64,000 bases of DNA from Bacteroidales bacterium (GCA_045599365.1 JAZRVS010000129.1:1684-65683), one strand, 5' to 3'. Numbered from the stretch's first letter, positions 7,644 to 15,721 are shown. The notes: generated by a model not told the origin, from the sequence alone. Numbers and translations: made by a program.

Positions 7644-7871
7644 ATGAACGAAGAATTATTACGTTACGTTGAAAGAATTGAAAAACTTGAAGAAGATAAA
7701 AAAGAAATTCAAGATGATATTAAAAGTGTCTATGACGAAGCTAGTGGAAAAGGATTTGATAAAAAGGCTTTGAAAGAGGTTCTTAAATTAAGAAAAATGA
7801 CACCCTCAGACAGAGCTGAATTTGAATTTTTAAGACAGAAATTTAAAACTGAAACAGGAATTGAAGAATAA
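7644..7871 (+). CDS. GapR-like / DUF2312-family DNA-binding protein
   Basis: LLRYVERIEKLEEDKKEIQDDIKSVYDEASGKGFDKKALKEVLKLRKM follows the DUF2312/GapR consensus (IERIERLEEEKK..DDIK.VY.EAK..GFD.K.L...I.LRK). AAGGAG RBS. Confidence 0.8.
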   Translation: MNEELLRYVERIEKLEEDKKEIQDDIKSVYDEASGKGFDKKALKEVLKLRKMTPSDRAEFEFLRQKFKTETGIEE

Positions 7872-8068
7872 TGAATGAAATGGAAATTGAAATCGGAGAT
7901 GAGGTTCGTCTTGAAGACAGATTTTATGTCGTAAAAGACATCAAGAAAGAGGAAGTGAAAACTATCCGTAAAGGAACGATTGTTTTTACGAGATTGTATT
8001 TTGATTATGAGCACGCTCCTGTTTATTCTTATTCGGTAAAAGAGGTTAGAAAAAAGAACAATGTTTAA
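7871..8068 (+). CDS. hypothetical protein
   Basis: TAATG-coupled ORF. Confidence 0.5.
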   Translation: MNEMEIEIGDEVRLEDRFYVVKDIKKEEVKTIRKGTIVFTRLYFDYEHAPVYSYSVKEVRKKNNV

Positions 8069-8411
8069 TGAAAATGAAGCGAGAGAGTTATTTGAAAACG
8101 GATATTCATATTCTCAAATTGCTTCAAAGTTATCTTGTTCTTATTCAACAGTTTGTCATAAGTTGCAAGGGGAAACGAAAAAGCGAAGAACAATTCGCAA
8201 ATCGTGTTCTCCCTTGCACGTAAGAATTGGCTTGAATTTATCGTATTATTTAGATAGAGATGATTTAGATTTAAAAAGATTATTTAGATTGAGTGGAATA
8301 CATTGGACAATCTTATCAAGAATTTTGACAGGTTCACACGACATTAAATTGTCAGAGTTGATACGGATTGCAAAAGCATTCCGAGTTGAAGTGGAAGATT
8401 TACTAAAATGA
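8061..8411 (+). CDS. HTH DNA-binding protein (two HTH-like segments)
   Basis: YSYSQIASKLSCSYSTVCHKL, plus an XRE-like LSGIHWTILSRILTG...LSELIRIAKAFRVEVEDLL. Confidence 0.6.
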   Translation: MFNENEARELFENGYSYSQIASKLSCSYSTVCHKLQGETKKRRTIRKSCSPLHVRIGLNLSYYLDRDDLDLKRLFRLSGIHWTILSRILTGSHDIKLSELIRIAKAFRVEVEDLLK

Positions 8412-9721
8412 AGTTGAGAGATTATCAATTAAAACAACTTGCTTTTCATTTGTCGGCAGACAGAACAATCAATCGTTCTGCTCCCTCAACTGGAAAGACA
8501 GCAACAGTTTGCACATATATGAAGATTAAATACAGAAACGAAAAGAAAAAGGCAGTTTTTGTTATGCCGTCTTCAATTATGTTGAAAAACAAAGAAGAGG
8601 TTTGTAACTGGTGTGAGTATTCAGAAGATGAAGTTGCGATTTGTAACGGAACACCAGCTAAACGTCTGGCTCAATATCAAGACAAAAACATAAAAGTTTT
8701 TGAAATGACATTTGAATGTTTTTCAAAAGAATGGCATTTGTTACCAAAAGACGTTGACGTTGTTATAATTGATGAATTTCATTTAGGTTTTTCAACTCAC
8801 ACAAGCAAACGAACTCAATCTTATTATCGTTCGTCAAGACGCTTTAAATATTTTATTATGATGAGTGGTACTTTGATTGACGGAAGATACAATTCAGCTT
8901 ATCCTGCTATTTGTGTAATTGAGCCGAGATATTATTTGAATTATGAAAACTTTATGCATTATCACGCAATTTACAACACTTGGGGTCAGGTTGTCGGTTG
9001 GAGAAATCCAGACAAAATCAAAGAGATTTTAAAACGACACTCTTGCTCAATTTCCGTTGAAGAAGCGTATAAAGACAGAAAGGAAAACATAATCATTTAT
9101 GAGAAATGTCAACTTGACGATAAGCATAAGAAAGCTTATTTACAAATGGAAAAAGATGCTCTGTTGGAATTAGAAGATAAATACATTGAAGCAGATTCGG
9201 GAGGTGTGAAACAAATTCGTTGTCGTCAGATTTTATCTTGTCCAGAAGTTTTAGATTTGAAAGTGGATAAGATTGGAAAAGACGAAATGTTGAAAATTCA
9301 TTTAGAAGACGCAGTTGCTTATAAAAAACAACTTTTGATTTTTGCAATTTTTGAAGCAGAACAAAAACGAATAGCAGAAGTTTGCAGACAAAATGGTTTG
9401 AAAACAGAAATAATTAACGGCACAGTTTCTTCAAAAAGACGTGGAGAAATTGACGTAGCATTTAGAAATGGTGAAATTGACGTTGTTGTTGGTTCACCAG
9501 CAACGTGTTCAATCGGTTTCAACTGGGAACACGTTGACCAAGTGATTTTTGCGAGTTGTGATTATAAAGATTCAACTTTTGAACAAGCCATAGCTCGTGG
9601 AAATAGGGGAACTAGAAAAACCCCACTTCGTGTGTATATTCTTACTTACGACACAAAAGTTGAAAGGAGAATTATGCAAATTATTAAAAGAAAATCGGAA
9701 GAAAGTAAAAAAATCTCTTGA
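8408..9721 (+). CDS. SF2 (DEAD/SNF2-like) helicase
   Basis: Walker A APSTGKTAT, motif II IIDEFH, motif III SGT, motif VI QAIARGNRG. Confidence 0.9.
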   Translation: MKLRDYQLKQLAFHLSADRTINRSAPSTGKTATVCTYMKIKYRNEKKKAVFVMPSSIMLKNKEEVCNWCEYSEDEVAICNGTPAKRLAQYQDKNIKVFEMTFECFSKEWHLLPKDVDVVIIDEFHLGFSTHTSKRTQSYYRSSRRFKYFIMMSGTLIDGRYNSAYPAICVIEPRYYLNYENFMHYHAIYNTWGQVVGWRNPDKIKEILKRHSCSISVEEAYKDRKENIIIYEKCQLDDKHKKAYLQMEKDALLELEDKYIEADSGGVKQIRCRQILSCPEVLDLKVDKIGKDEMLKIHLEDAVAYKKQLLIFAIFEAEQKRIAEVCRQNGLKTEIINGTVSSKRRGEIDVAFRNGEIDVVVGSPATCSIGFNWEHVDQVIFASCDYKDSTFEQAIARGNRGTRKTPLRVYILTYDTKVERRIMQIIKRKSEESKKIS

Positions 9722-9795
9722 CTATTTATTTTTTTCGTGTAAAAATAAGATTACTCCGAGTGAGTAAGATTTAGATTTAAAGAAAGGATATTAAA

Positions 9796-10551
9796 ATGAT
9801 TTTAGATAAAAATGTTTTAGCACAAATGAAAGCAGCAGGACTTCAAAAACCAGATATGGTTAGCGATATGGAATGGGAAAATTGTGATTCTCAAATTGAA
9901 GACAGTTTGCCAATCGTTGAAGTACCAGCTGTTCAACAAGCAGTTGTTCCTGTTGTTCCAATGCAACAAGCAGTTGTTCCTTCACAACAAGCAAATTATA
10001 TTGCAAAACCTTTAAGTATGTCTGATACTTTGCAATCTAGCAGTATGGTTGTTGACGCAACATTAAAATTAAAAAGTGGTGTTGTTAAAATTGGAGATTC
10101 AGCTGTTAGAACTCCTATTGTGGCAAAAGTTTTGTTTTCAGAATCAAAAGTGAAACAAACAATCACAGTTGAAAATTCTAAAAAAGAAATTGAATATTAC
10201 CACACATACGACGGCAGAGTTGAATCAAGAACTGGACGCTTGTTCCAAGATTGTGTAAATCATTGTACTTCAATCAATCCAAAAGCTTATGCTTTCACAG
10301 CTTTTGATATTGTTATGGAAATCACAGAAGATGTTTTGGATGAAGACGGAAGAGTGGCAGTAAAAGCTGGTACACGAATTGGTCATAGCACAAGTTCAAC
10401 GACAGCTACGAAATTTAAACAATTTTTAAATCAATGTAAGCAAGCAGGAGTTGACGTAAATAATGGAGAAGCAGGGGTTAAAATCAAAACTGAACTTCGT
10501 ACAAACAACAATCGTCAAGATTTCAGAGTGTTTGTTTTTGAAATGATTTAA
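9796..10551 (+). CDS. hypothetical protein with QQAVVP tandem repeat (ssDNA-binding or recombination role only guessed from position)
   Basis: AAGGA RBS. The 18-bp direct repeat caacaagcagttgttcct occurs at 9934 and 9964. The gene sits between the helicase and the FEN nuclease. Confidence 0.5.
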   Translation: MILDKNVLAQMKAAGLQKPDMVSDMEWENCDSQIEDSLPIVEVPAVQQAVVPVVPMQQAVVPSQQANYIAKPLSMSDTLQSSSMVVDATLKLKSGVVKIGDSAVRTPIVAKVLFSESKVKQTITVENSKKEIEYYHTYDGRVESRTGRLFQDCVNHCTSINPKAYAFTAFDIVMEITEDVLDEDGRVAVKAGTRIGHSTSSTTATKFKQFLNQCKQAGVDVNNGEAGVKIKTELRTNNNRQDFRVFVFEMI

Positions 10552-10558
10552 TAAGAGT

Positions 10559-10601
10559 TTGGAGCGAGATTTAATTATTTTTGAGGGCAATCTCGCTCCA
10601 A
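10559..10601 (+). other. Intergenic stem-loop TTGGAGCGAGAT-n19-ATCTCGCTCCAA
   Basis: Perfect 12-bp inverted repeat read directly. It is followed by AAGGAG and ATG 10619. Confidence 0.6.
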
Positions 10602-10618
10602 TCAAAAAAGGAGAGTTG

Positions 10619-11386
10619 ATGAAAAGATTACGAATTTATGACACGAATAACTGGGCACGAATTGTTTTAGAAAAAGATATTTTTGGAAAAGGAATTAGGG
10701 CTTTATGGGAAGAAGCAATAAAAGAAGACGGAATTGATTTAAAGATATTCGCCTTTGAAGGTATGTGTGGAAACCAAGCTAGACGTGACAAATATCCAGA
10801 TTACAAACTAACAAGAAAACCACCTCAAATTGATAGCTTTTTTGATAACTTGGATTTATTCAAACAACTTTTAGAAAACGCTCCTTGTAACGTAGCAAAA
10901 TGTCATTGTGATTATTACGAAGCAGACGATGTTATTTACAGTTTGAACGAAGTGTTCAAAAACAATTACGAAGTTTCAATTATGAGTACCGACCGAGATT
11001 TAACTCAAATTGAAAATGCACATTTTCCAATGGTGCAAAATGAATTGACAAAGAGAGAGTTTGTTAGAACTTATAAAACATTAGTTGGTGATACGAGTGA
11101 TAACATTCACGGAGTAAAAGGCTTTGGAAAAGGTCAATGGGAAAAAGAGATTGATAATTGGCATTTGTTGAAGCAATATTGCGAAGGAAGTTTGTCAACA
11201 TTTGAACTTGCAAGAATGGGTGTTTCAGAAAAGACAATAAAATTGTTAAAAGAAACTAGCAGAGAAGAAGTTGATATTTTGTGGGACATTACTGGTTTGA
11301 AAGACGTTAAGTCAATTATGAAAATGTCATTTGGAAATGGAAATATTCAAAAAACAGAAGAAAAATTAAAGGAGTTATTTATATGA
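10619..11386 (+). CDS. 5'-3' exonuclease / flap endonuclease (PolI N-terminal-like, PIN-FEN)
   Basis: YEADDVIYSL, STDRDLTQI and LVGDTSDNIHGVKGFGKG (the GDxSDNIPGVxGIG motif). Start placed at ATG 10619 after AAGGAG. Confidence 0.9.
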   Translation: MKRLRIYDTNNWARIVLEKDIFGKGIRALWEEAIKEDGIDLKIFAFEGMCGNQARRDKYPDYKLTRKPPQIDSFFDNLDLFKQLLENAPCNVAKCHCDYYEADDVIYSLNEVFKNNYEVSIMSTDRDLTQIENAHFPMVQNELTKREFVRTYKTLVGDTSDNIHGVKGFGKGQWEKEIDNWHLLKQYCEGSLSTFELARMGVSEKTIKLLKETSREEVDILWDITGLKDVKSIMKMSFGNGNIQKTEEKLKELFI

Positions 11387-11892
11387 AATTAGATTTTGTT
11401 GAAGAAGAAGGAATGTCAGAAGAACTTAAAAACATTTGTAAAGTTGAAAAACGAAAATACAAATATTTAAGGTATCTTGACGAAATGGGTGGAAGAGCGA
11501 GAGTTAATGACATTGTTCTTTACATTTACAAAAAAACAGGACTTTCAGTTAATCGTCAAAGTGTTCATCAATGTTTAACAATTGCATTAGAACGTGGATT
11601 AGTTGAACGAAACGGACACGAATTTGTTTTGAAAAATTCAACAAAAGAACGAGATGATATTGAAAAAGATTTGATTTACACAGCAGAGCACTACAACAAA
11701 ACATACGAAGAAATCTTTGAGAAAATTGACGCTCTCTTTGAGTGCAAACAATATGCAAAAGCTTACGTATTATCAAAACTTCTGATTAAAAAATACAACT
11801 CACATATTGGACAAATTCTTATTTCTTATTTGGAACCAAGAGTTACTTTTAATGATTTGAATTATTTATTGGAGGAACAAACAAATGCTTAA
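11383..11892 (+). CDS. winged-helix (MarR-like) DNA-binding protein, putative
   Basis: VNDIVLYIYKKTGLSVNRQSVHQCLTIALERGLVERNG resembles a wHTH. Confidence 0.45.
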   Translation: MKLDFVEEEGMSEELKNICKVEKRKYKYLRYLDEMGGRARVNDIVLYIYKKTGLSVNRQSVHQCLTIALERGLVERNGHEFVLKNSTKERDDIEKDLIYTAEHYNKTYEEIFEKIDALFECKQYAKAYVLSKLLIKKYNSHIGQILISYLEPRVTFNDLNYLLEEQTNA

Positions 11893-12469
11893 TCAGAAAG
11901 TTGAAATTTTCAAAAATGAATTGATGTTGATTGAAGATGATAATTTAAGAAAATTCATTTCAATTTACTTAGAAAATTGTCCAGATTATTTTTTCACAAT
12001 GCCTGCTTCCTCAACTGGAAAATATCATCCAGCATATACACTTGGAACTGGTGGTTTGATTAGACACACAAAAGCAGCAGTTAAAGTTGCTTATGATATG
12101 TTATCGTTAGAACAAAATCATTCTTTAAGATTGTTCAAAGACGAAATTATTGCGTCATTGATTGTTCACGACTCGTTGAAAAAAGGATTGAACGAACACA
12201 ATATGTACAGTTTAGCTGAACATCCAGTTTTAGCTTCACGTTACATAAAGGAAATCTGGAGCAAGTATTTTGAAACGAATAAAAATTCTTTCCCAGATAA
12301 AGACCAGATTGAATTTATTTCAAATTTGGTTTTATGTCACATGGGACAATGGAACACAGATTGGAAATCAAACGCAGAGATTATGCCGAAGCCTAGAACT
12401 GATTGTGAGAAATTTGTTCATTTATGTGATTATTTAGCGAGCAGAAAATTTTTAACTATTGAATTATGA
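11885..12469 (+). CDS. HD-domain phosphohydrolase
   Basis: SSTGKYHP...GGLIRHTKAA...IVHDSLKK gives an H..HD..D pattern like YhaM-type HD domains. Confidence 0.8.
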   Translation: MLNQKVEIFKNELMLIEDDNLRKFISIYLENCPDYFFTMPASSTGKYHPAYTLGTGGLIRHTKAAVKVAYDMLSLEQNHSLRLFKDEIIASLIVHDSLKKGLNEHNMYSLAEHPVLASRYIKEIWSKYFETNKNSFPDKDQIEFISNLVLCHMGQWNTDWKSNAEIMPKPRTDCEKFVHLCDYLASRKFLTIEL

Positions 12470-12481
12470 TTGGATATTAAG

Positions 12482-12817
12482 ATGAATTGGTTGGACGAAA
12501 TTATTGATTGGCACAAAAAGACTTTTCCGAAAGTTACTGAACAAAGTCAGTTTTTGAAAATTGGGGAAGAATTAGATGAATATGAAAAAGAAACTCCATT
12601 TTCAAATTCTTGGTACGAAGAACGAGCTGACGTTTTTATAACAACTCTTTGTTATTACGCTCGGTTTAACAAAGATGATTTGTACATAAAAACAATTCTT
12701 TCAAAATTTTGTCCTAGAACAGAAAAAGCAATTACGGCAGTTTTCAATAAATTTGAGAAATTAAAAGAAAGAGAATGGTTTTTCAATGACGAAGAATGTG
12801 TTTATAAACACAAATAA
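12482..12817 (+). CDS. MazG-like nucleotide pyrophosphohydrolase
   Basis: KIGEELDEYEKE...EERADVFITTL matches the MazG EExxE...ExxD helix pair. TTG 12470 is an alternative start. Confidence 0.6.
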   Translation: MNWLDEIIDWHKKTFPKVTEQSQFLKIGEELDEYEKETPFSNSWYEERADVFITTLCYYARFNKDDLYIKTILSKFCPRTEKAITAVFNKFEKLKEREWFFNDEECVYKHK

Positions 12818-13013
12818 AGAATTGATTTTTTATGGTTACAAATTTGAATCAATTTGTTCATATTTTGGTTTTGAGGGAAGTGTTAAAGGAAAGTTTAAAA
12901 ATGCAGTTTTAAAAGATAGAGGTTTGTATTTTTTAAAACGATATGATAAACTAGACGAGTTCAATGAGATAAAGGAGAACAAATATGATATTGAATCCAT
13001 GGAAGAAGTGTAG
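12786..13013 (+). CDS. hypothetical protein
   Basis: ORF-track ORF. It overlaps its neighbours at both ends, so boundaries are uncertain. Confidence 0.4.
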   Translation: MTKNVFINTNKELIFYGYKFESICSYFGFEGSVKGKFKNAVLKDRGLYFLKRYDKLDEFNEIKENKYDIESMEEV

Positions 13014-13158
13014 AGAGTTACAAGAGAAATGTGACATTTTGGTTGCAGAAATCTTGTGGCTCAGAAAAGAAAATTATTCATTAACCTATAAAACAAGAAG
13101 TCAATTTAAAAAAGGAAATCAAGAATGGAAGAAAAGCAAACGGTTTTTAAAGAGCTAA
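12985..13158 (+). CDS. hypothetical small protein (57 aa, below cutoff)
   Basis: AAGGAG RBS at 12972-12977. Hand translation MILNPWKKCRELQEKCDILVAEILWLRKENYSLTYKTRSQFKKGNQEWKKSKRFLKS. TAATG-coupled to the next ORF. Confidence 0.5.
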   Translation: MILNPWKKCRELQEKCDILVAEILWLRKENYSLTYKTRSQFKKGNQEWKKSKRFLKS

Positions 13159-13340
13159 TGTTTATGGCTAGAAACGAAATTGCAATGCCTGAAAAAGAAG
13201 GTGTAAAGCGAGAATATGCGATAAATCTAGCGAAGCTAATGTCAAAGAAAATTGTTTGGGGAAGTGATTTATCAAAATCGTTATTAAGAAGACAATTTTA
13301 TTTGTGTAGAAAAATGAAAGAATTAGAAAGGGAGAATTAA
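13158..13340 (+). CDS. hypothetical protein
   Basis: Track ORF 13125-13340 trimmed to ATG 13158 (MFMARNEI...), which overlaps the upstream stop. Confidence 0.45.
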   Translation: MFMARNEIAMPEKEGVKREYAINLAKLMSKKIVWGSDLSKSLLRRQFYLCRKMKELEREN

Positions 13341-13341
13341 A

Positions 13342-13536
13342 ATGAAAAAGAAAGTTGAGAATCTTCAAAAACAATTAGAGATAGCAAAACAATGTCTTAA
13401 AATGTATGGAAACAGAACTTTGTGGAATGAAAAAGGAGATTGTTTTATGACGTTTAAAGACGGCTATACTTACGCACAAGAAGCTTTGGAAAGAATGGAG
13501 GGTTGTGAATGGAAAACGAAAGAGAATTCGTTATAA
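13342..13536 (+). CDS. hypothetical protein, LQKQLEIAxxxLK motif family
   Basis: GGGAG RBS. LQKQLEIAKQCLKMYGN is shared with ORFs 14371 and 14864. Confidence 0.55.
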   Translation: MKKKVENLQKQLEIAKQCLKMYGNRTLWNEKGDCFMTFKDGYTYAQEALERMEGCEWKTKENSL

Positions 13537-14183
13537 ACGAATATAAAAACGAAGTTCCTATGGCACATATAGCAAAGAAAATAGGAGTTACTCCAGCCAC
13601 AATTAAAAATAGGCTTGTTAAATGGGGTGAGTTTAATTATAATAAAAAAATTACATTGAAAGAAAAGTGTTTGCGAAGCAATGTTTCTTATGGTGCTGTG
13701 CTTTCAAAATGTAAAAAATATAACTTAACACAAGAAGAAGCAATTGAAGAAGTAAAAGCTGGAATTAAAAGATATAGATTTCCTGAAAAATATAAAGAAG
13801 GAACAATGACTCGTGAATGTTATTTGGCAGGTCTTAATTATAGGTGTGTTTTGGCTAGAATGCGTAACAAAAAAGAGTCTGTTAAAGAAGCAATTGATTA
13901 TTTAAAAAAAAGAAGAGAAAGATTAGAAGCTGTACATCGTGAATGCGAGTTAAAAGGGCTAAATCACAAATATGTTTTGGCAAAAATGAATACAAAAAAT
14001 ATTTCTTTGGAAGAAGCAATTGAAGAAATGAAATATTACAAGACTATAAAACGAAGAGTTGTAAGAAAAAAAGAAAATGAAGTCAGAATGATTGAAGGTT
14101 TATCTTTGAAAGAATATGCTGAAAAGTATGGAATGAGTTTGTCTACAGCTAGATTGCATTGGAGAATTTTAAATGAGAAATGA
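13509..14183 (+). CDS. HTH protein with three internal ~45-aa repeats
   Basis: N-terminal HTH PMAHIAKKIGVTPATIKNRL. Repeats LTQEEAIEEVK / ESVKEAIDYLK / ISLEEAIEEMK, each preceded by a Y..VL.K. segment. Confidence 0.55.
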   Translation: MENEREFVINEYKNEVPMAHIAKKIGVTPATIKNRLVKWGEFNYNKKITLKEKCLRSNVSYGAVLSKCKKYNLTQEEAIEEVKAGIKRYRFPEKYKEGTMTRECYLAGLNYRCVLARMRNKKESVKEAIDYLKKRRERLEAVHRECELKGLNHKYVLAKMNTKNISLEEAIEEMKYYKTIKRRVVRKKENEVRMIEGLSLKEYAEKYGMSLSTARLHWRILNEK

Positions 14184-14189
14184 GGGATA

Positions 14190-14354
14190 AATGATTTTAG
14201 GTATTATATATTTTATAACGTTAGTGTGTGATGCGTTTGGTTTCAAACAATTTATTGAAATTGAAAACGAAAGAGCATTAGAGGATTGCATAGTTTGTGA
14301 AATTATATTTGAACTTGTGATTGCGTTACTTTTTTTATTTTATAAGATGATATA
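14190..14354 (+). CDS. small membrane protein (54 aa, below cutoff)
   Basis: GAGGGA RBS. Hand translation MILGIIYFITLVCDAFGFKQFIEIENERALEDCIVCEIIFELVIALLFLFYKMI has two hydrophobic segments. Confidence 0.5.
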
Positions 14355-14370
14355 AATGTTGGAGAGATAA

Positions 14371-14574
14371 ATGGACGCATTAGAAATGTGTGCTAGGGAC
14401 TTATGTAACGTGTTGCAAGAGTCTCAGAAATTACAAGAGGAAAATGAGCGATTACAAAATAAACTTGATATTGCTGTGAAAGCGTTAAAATTTATATCAT
14501 CGCAAAGCTATGGAAAAGATATGTATGATTGTGCAAAAGGGACATTAAAGCAGTTAGAGGAATTAGAAAAATGA
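14371..14574 (+). CDS. hypothetical protein, LQNKLDIAVKALKF motif family
   Basis: GGAGAG RBS. Shares the motif with ORFs 13342 and 14864. Confidence 0.55.
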   Translation: MDALEMCARDLCNVLQESQKLQEENERLQNKLDIAVKALKFISSQSYGKDMYDCAKGTLKQLEELEK

Positions 14575-14852
14575 AAGCGATAGAACAGTTAGAAGTTTTG
14601 AATCTTCTTAAAGAAAATGAGCGATTAACCCAACTTCAAATTGAATCACAAGAGATTATTGATAAATTGAAATTTGAAAATGAGCAATTAAAAAGATACA
14701 AAAGACGTTGCCATCGTTTGATAAAAATAATTGAAGCTATGAATGAGCGTCGTAGTGTTTTAATAGTAAGACCTGCCAGTGCTTTTACAAAAGCAAAACC
14801 AGAAATTATTAGTCCATTGAAAAAGGATTGGATAAAAAAGTGTTTTTATTAG
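14571..14852 (+). CDS. hypothetical coiled-coil protein
   Basis: ATGA-coupled at 14571-14574. ENERLTQLQIESQEIIDKLKFENEQLKRYK. Confidence 0.5.
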   Translation: MKAIEQLEVLNLLKENERLTQLQIESQEIIDKLKFENEQLKRYKRRCHRLIKIIEAMNERRSVLIVRPASAFTKAKPEIISPLKKDWIKKCFY

Positions 14853-14863
14853 AGGAGGATTAA

Positions 14864-15181
14864 ATGAAAAAAGAAGATGTTAAATACAACAATTTTATAA
14901 AGGGAGATAGAACTCCCGAAGATAAAATTTACAGTACATTATTATTAAAACCAGATGATATTACTTTTGCTTTTAACTTTTGTGATGGTGAGCAAGCAGT
15001 TTTTACAAACGATAAAGCAGGACTTAAAAGTATGCAAGATTTTTTGGATTTAATGAATAAAACTCATATCTTACAAAAGCAGTTGGAAATAGCTGTAGAT
15101 GCTTTGAAATTTTATTCAAACGACAATACAGCAGCTGTAGCACAAATAACACTTAAACAAATTGAGGAGTTGTTAAAATGA
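14864..15181 (+). CDS. hypothetical protein, LQKQLEIAVDALKF motif family
   Basis: GAGGAGG RBS. The C-terminal LKQIEELLK parallels LKQLEELEK of ORF 14371. Confidence 0.55.
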   Translation: MKKEDVKYNNFIKGDRTPEDKIYSTLLLKPDDITFAFNFCDGEQAVFTNDKAGLKSMQDFLDLMNKTHILQKQLEIAVDALKFYSNDNTAAVAQITLKQIEELLK

Positions 15182-15408
15182 GTTTGGAAGAATTGAGAAA
15201 TATAATGTCAAAGTCTTTTAAAATAAAAGAAACAGGTATTTATAAATTGGAGAATGGAAAAAAGGCTTTTGTTTCAAAAGTTTTAAAAAACAGAGATGTG
15301 TACGGAATTATTGAAGGTGAGATTACTCTTTCGACTTGGTATATAAATGGTCTTTATCTTGATAAATATAGTCCAGAGTTGAGCATCGTTTCAAAATGGA
15401 AGGGATAA
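15178..15408 (+). CDS. hypothetical protein, short member of the ETGxYK..GKKAFV...VSKW family (copy 3)
   Basis: KETGIYKLENGKKAFVSKV...SIVSKWKG matches the C-terminal halves of ORFs 4831 and 5239. Confidence 0.55.
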   Translation: MSLEELRNIMSKSFKIKETGIYKLENGKKAFVSKVLKNRDVYGIIEGEITLSTWYINGLYLDKYSPELSIVSKWKG

Positions 15409-15409
15409 A

Positions 15410-15721
15410 ATGAAAGACCACATTAAGATATACAACAAAGAGGCAATAAAATTCGCAGAAGAAACTAAATACACAAAGGCGACAATGAAAGCAGTGTATG
15501 AAGATTTAGAAAAATTAAGGAACGCCTCTGTAAAGTTTTATAATGATTATATCCATTGGTTGAATTATTACAAAGCCGACGCTCCTTATTTTGGTTGGAG
15601 TGACGATAACCCTGAATATGTTAATATGTGTGAAATGACAGAAGAAATTGAAACATTGTTTTTAAAGATGTATATTATTGCTGAAAAAGGGTTAGGTAAT
15701 GAGTTGGAGGTAAGGAAATGA
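15410..15721 (+). CDS. hypothetical protein
   Basis: Packed ORF. Confidence 0.5.
   Translation: MKDHIKIYNKEAIKFAEETKYTKATMKAVYEDLEKLRNASVKFYNDYIHWLNYYKADAPYFGWSDDNPEYVNMCEMTEEIETLFLKMYIIAEKGLGNELEVRK

Noticed and set aside
11885-12817. Z-genome (2-aminoadenine) cluster, suggested by adjacent HD and MazG-like genes.
   Set aside because: No PurZ/adenylosuccinate-synthetase-like ORF is visible in the window, and the polymerase is family-B-like rather than DpoZ-type PolA. It is kept only as a dNTP-pool-manipulation hypothesis.
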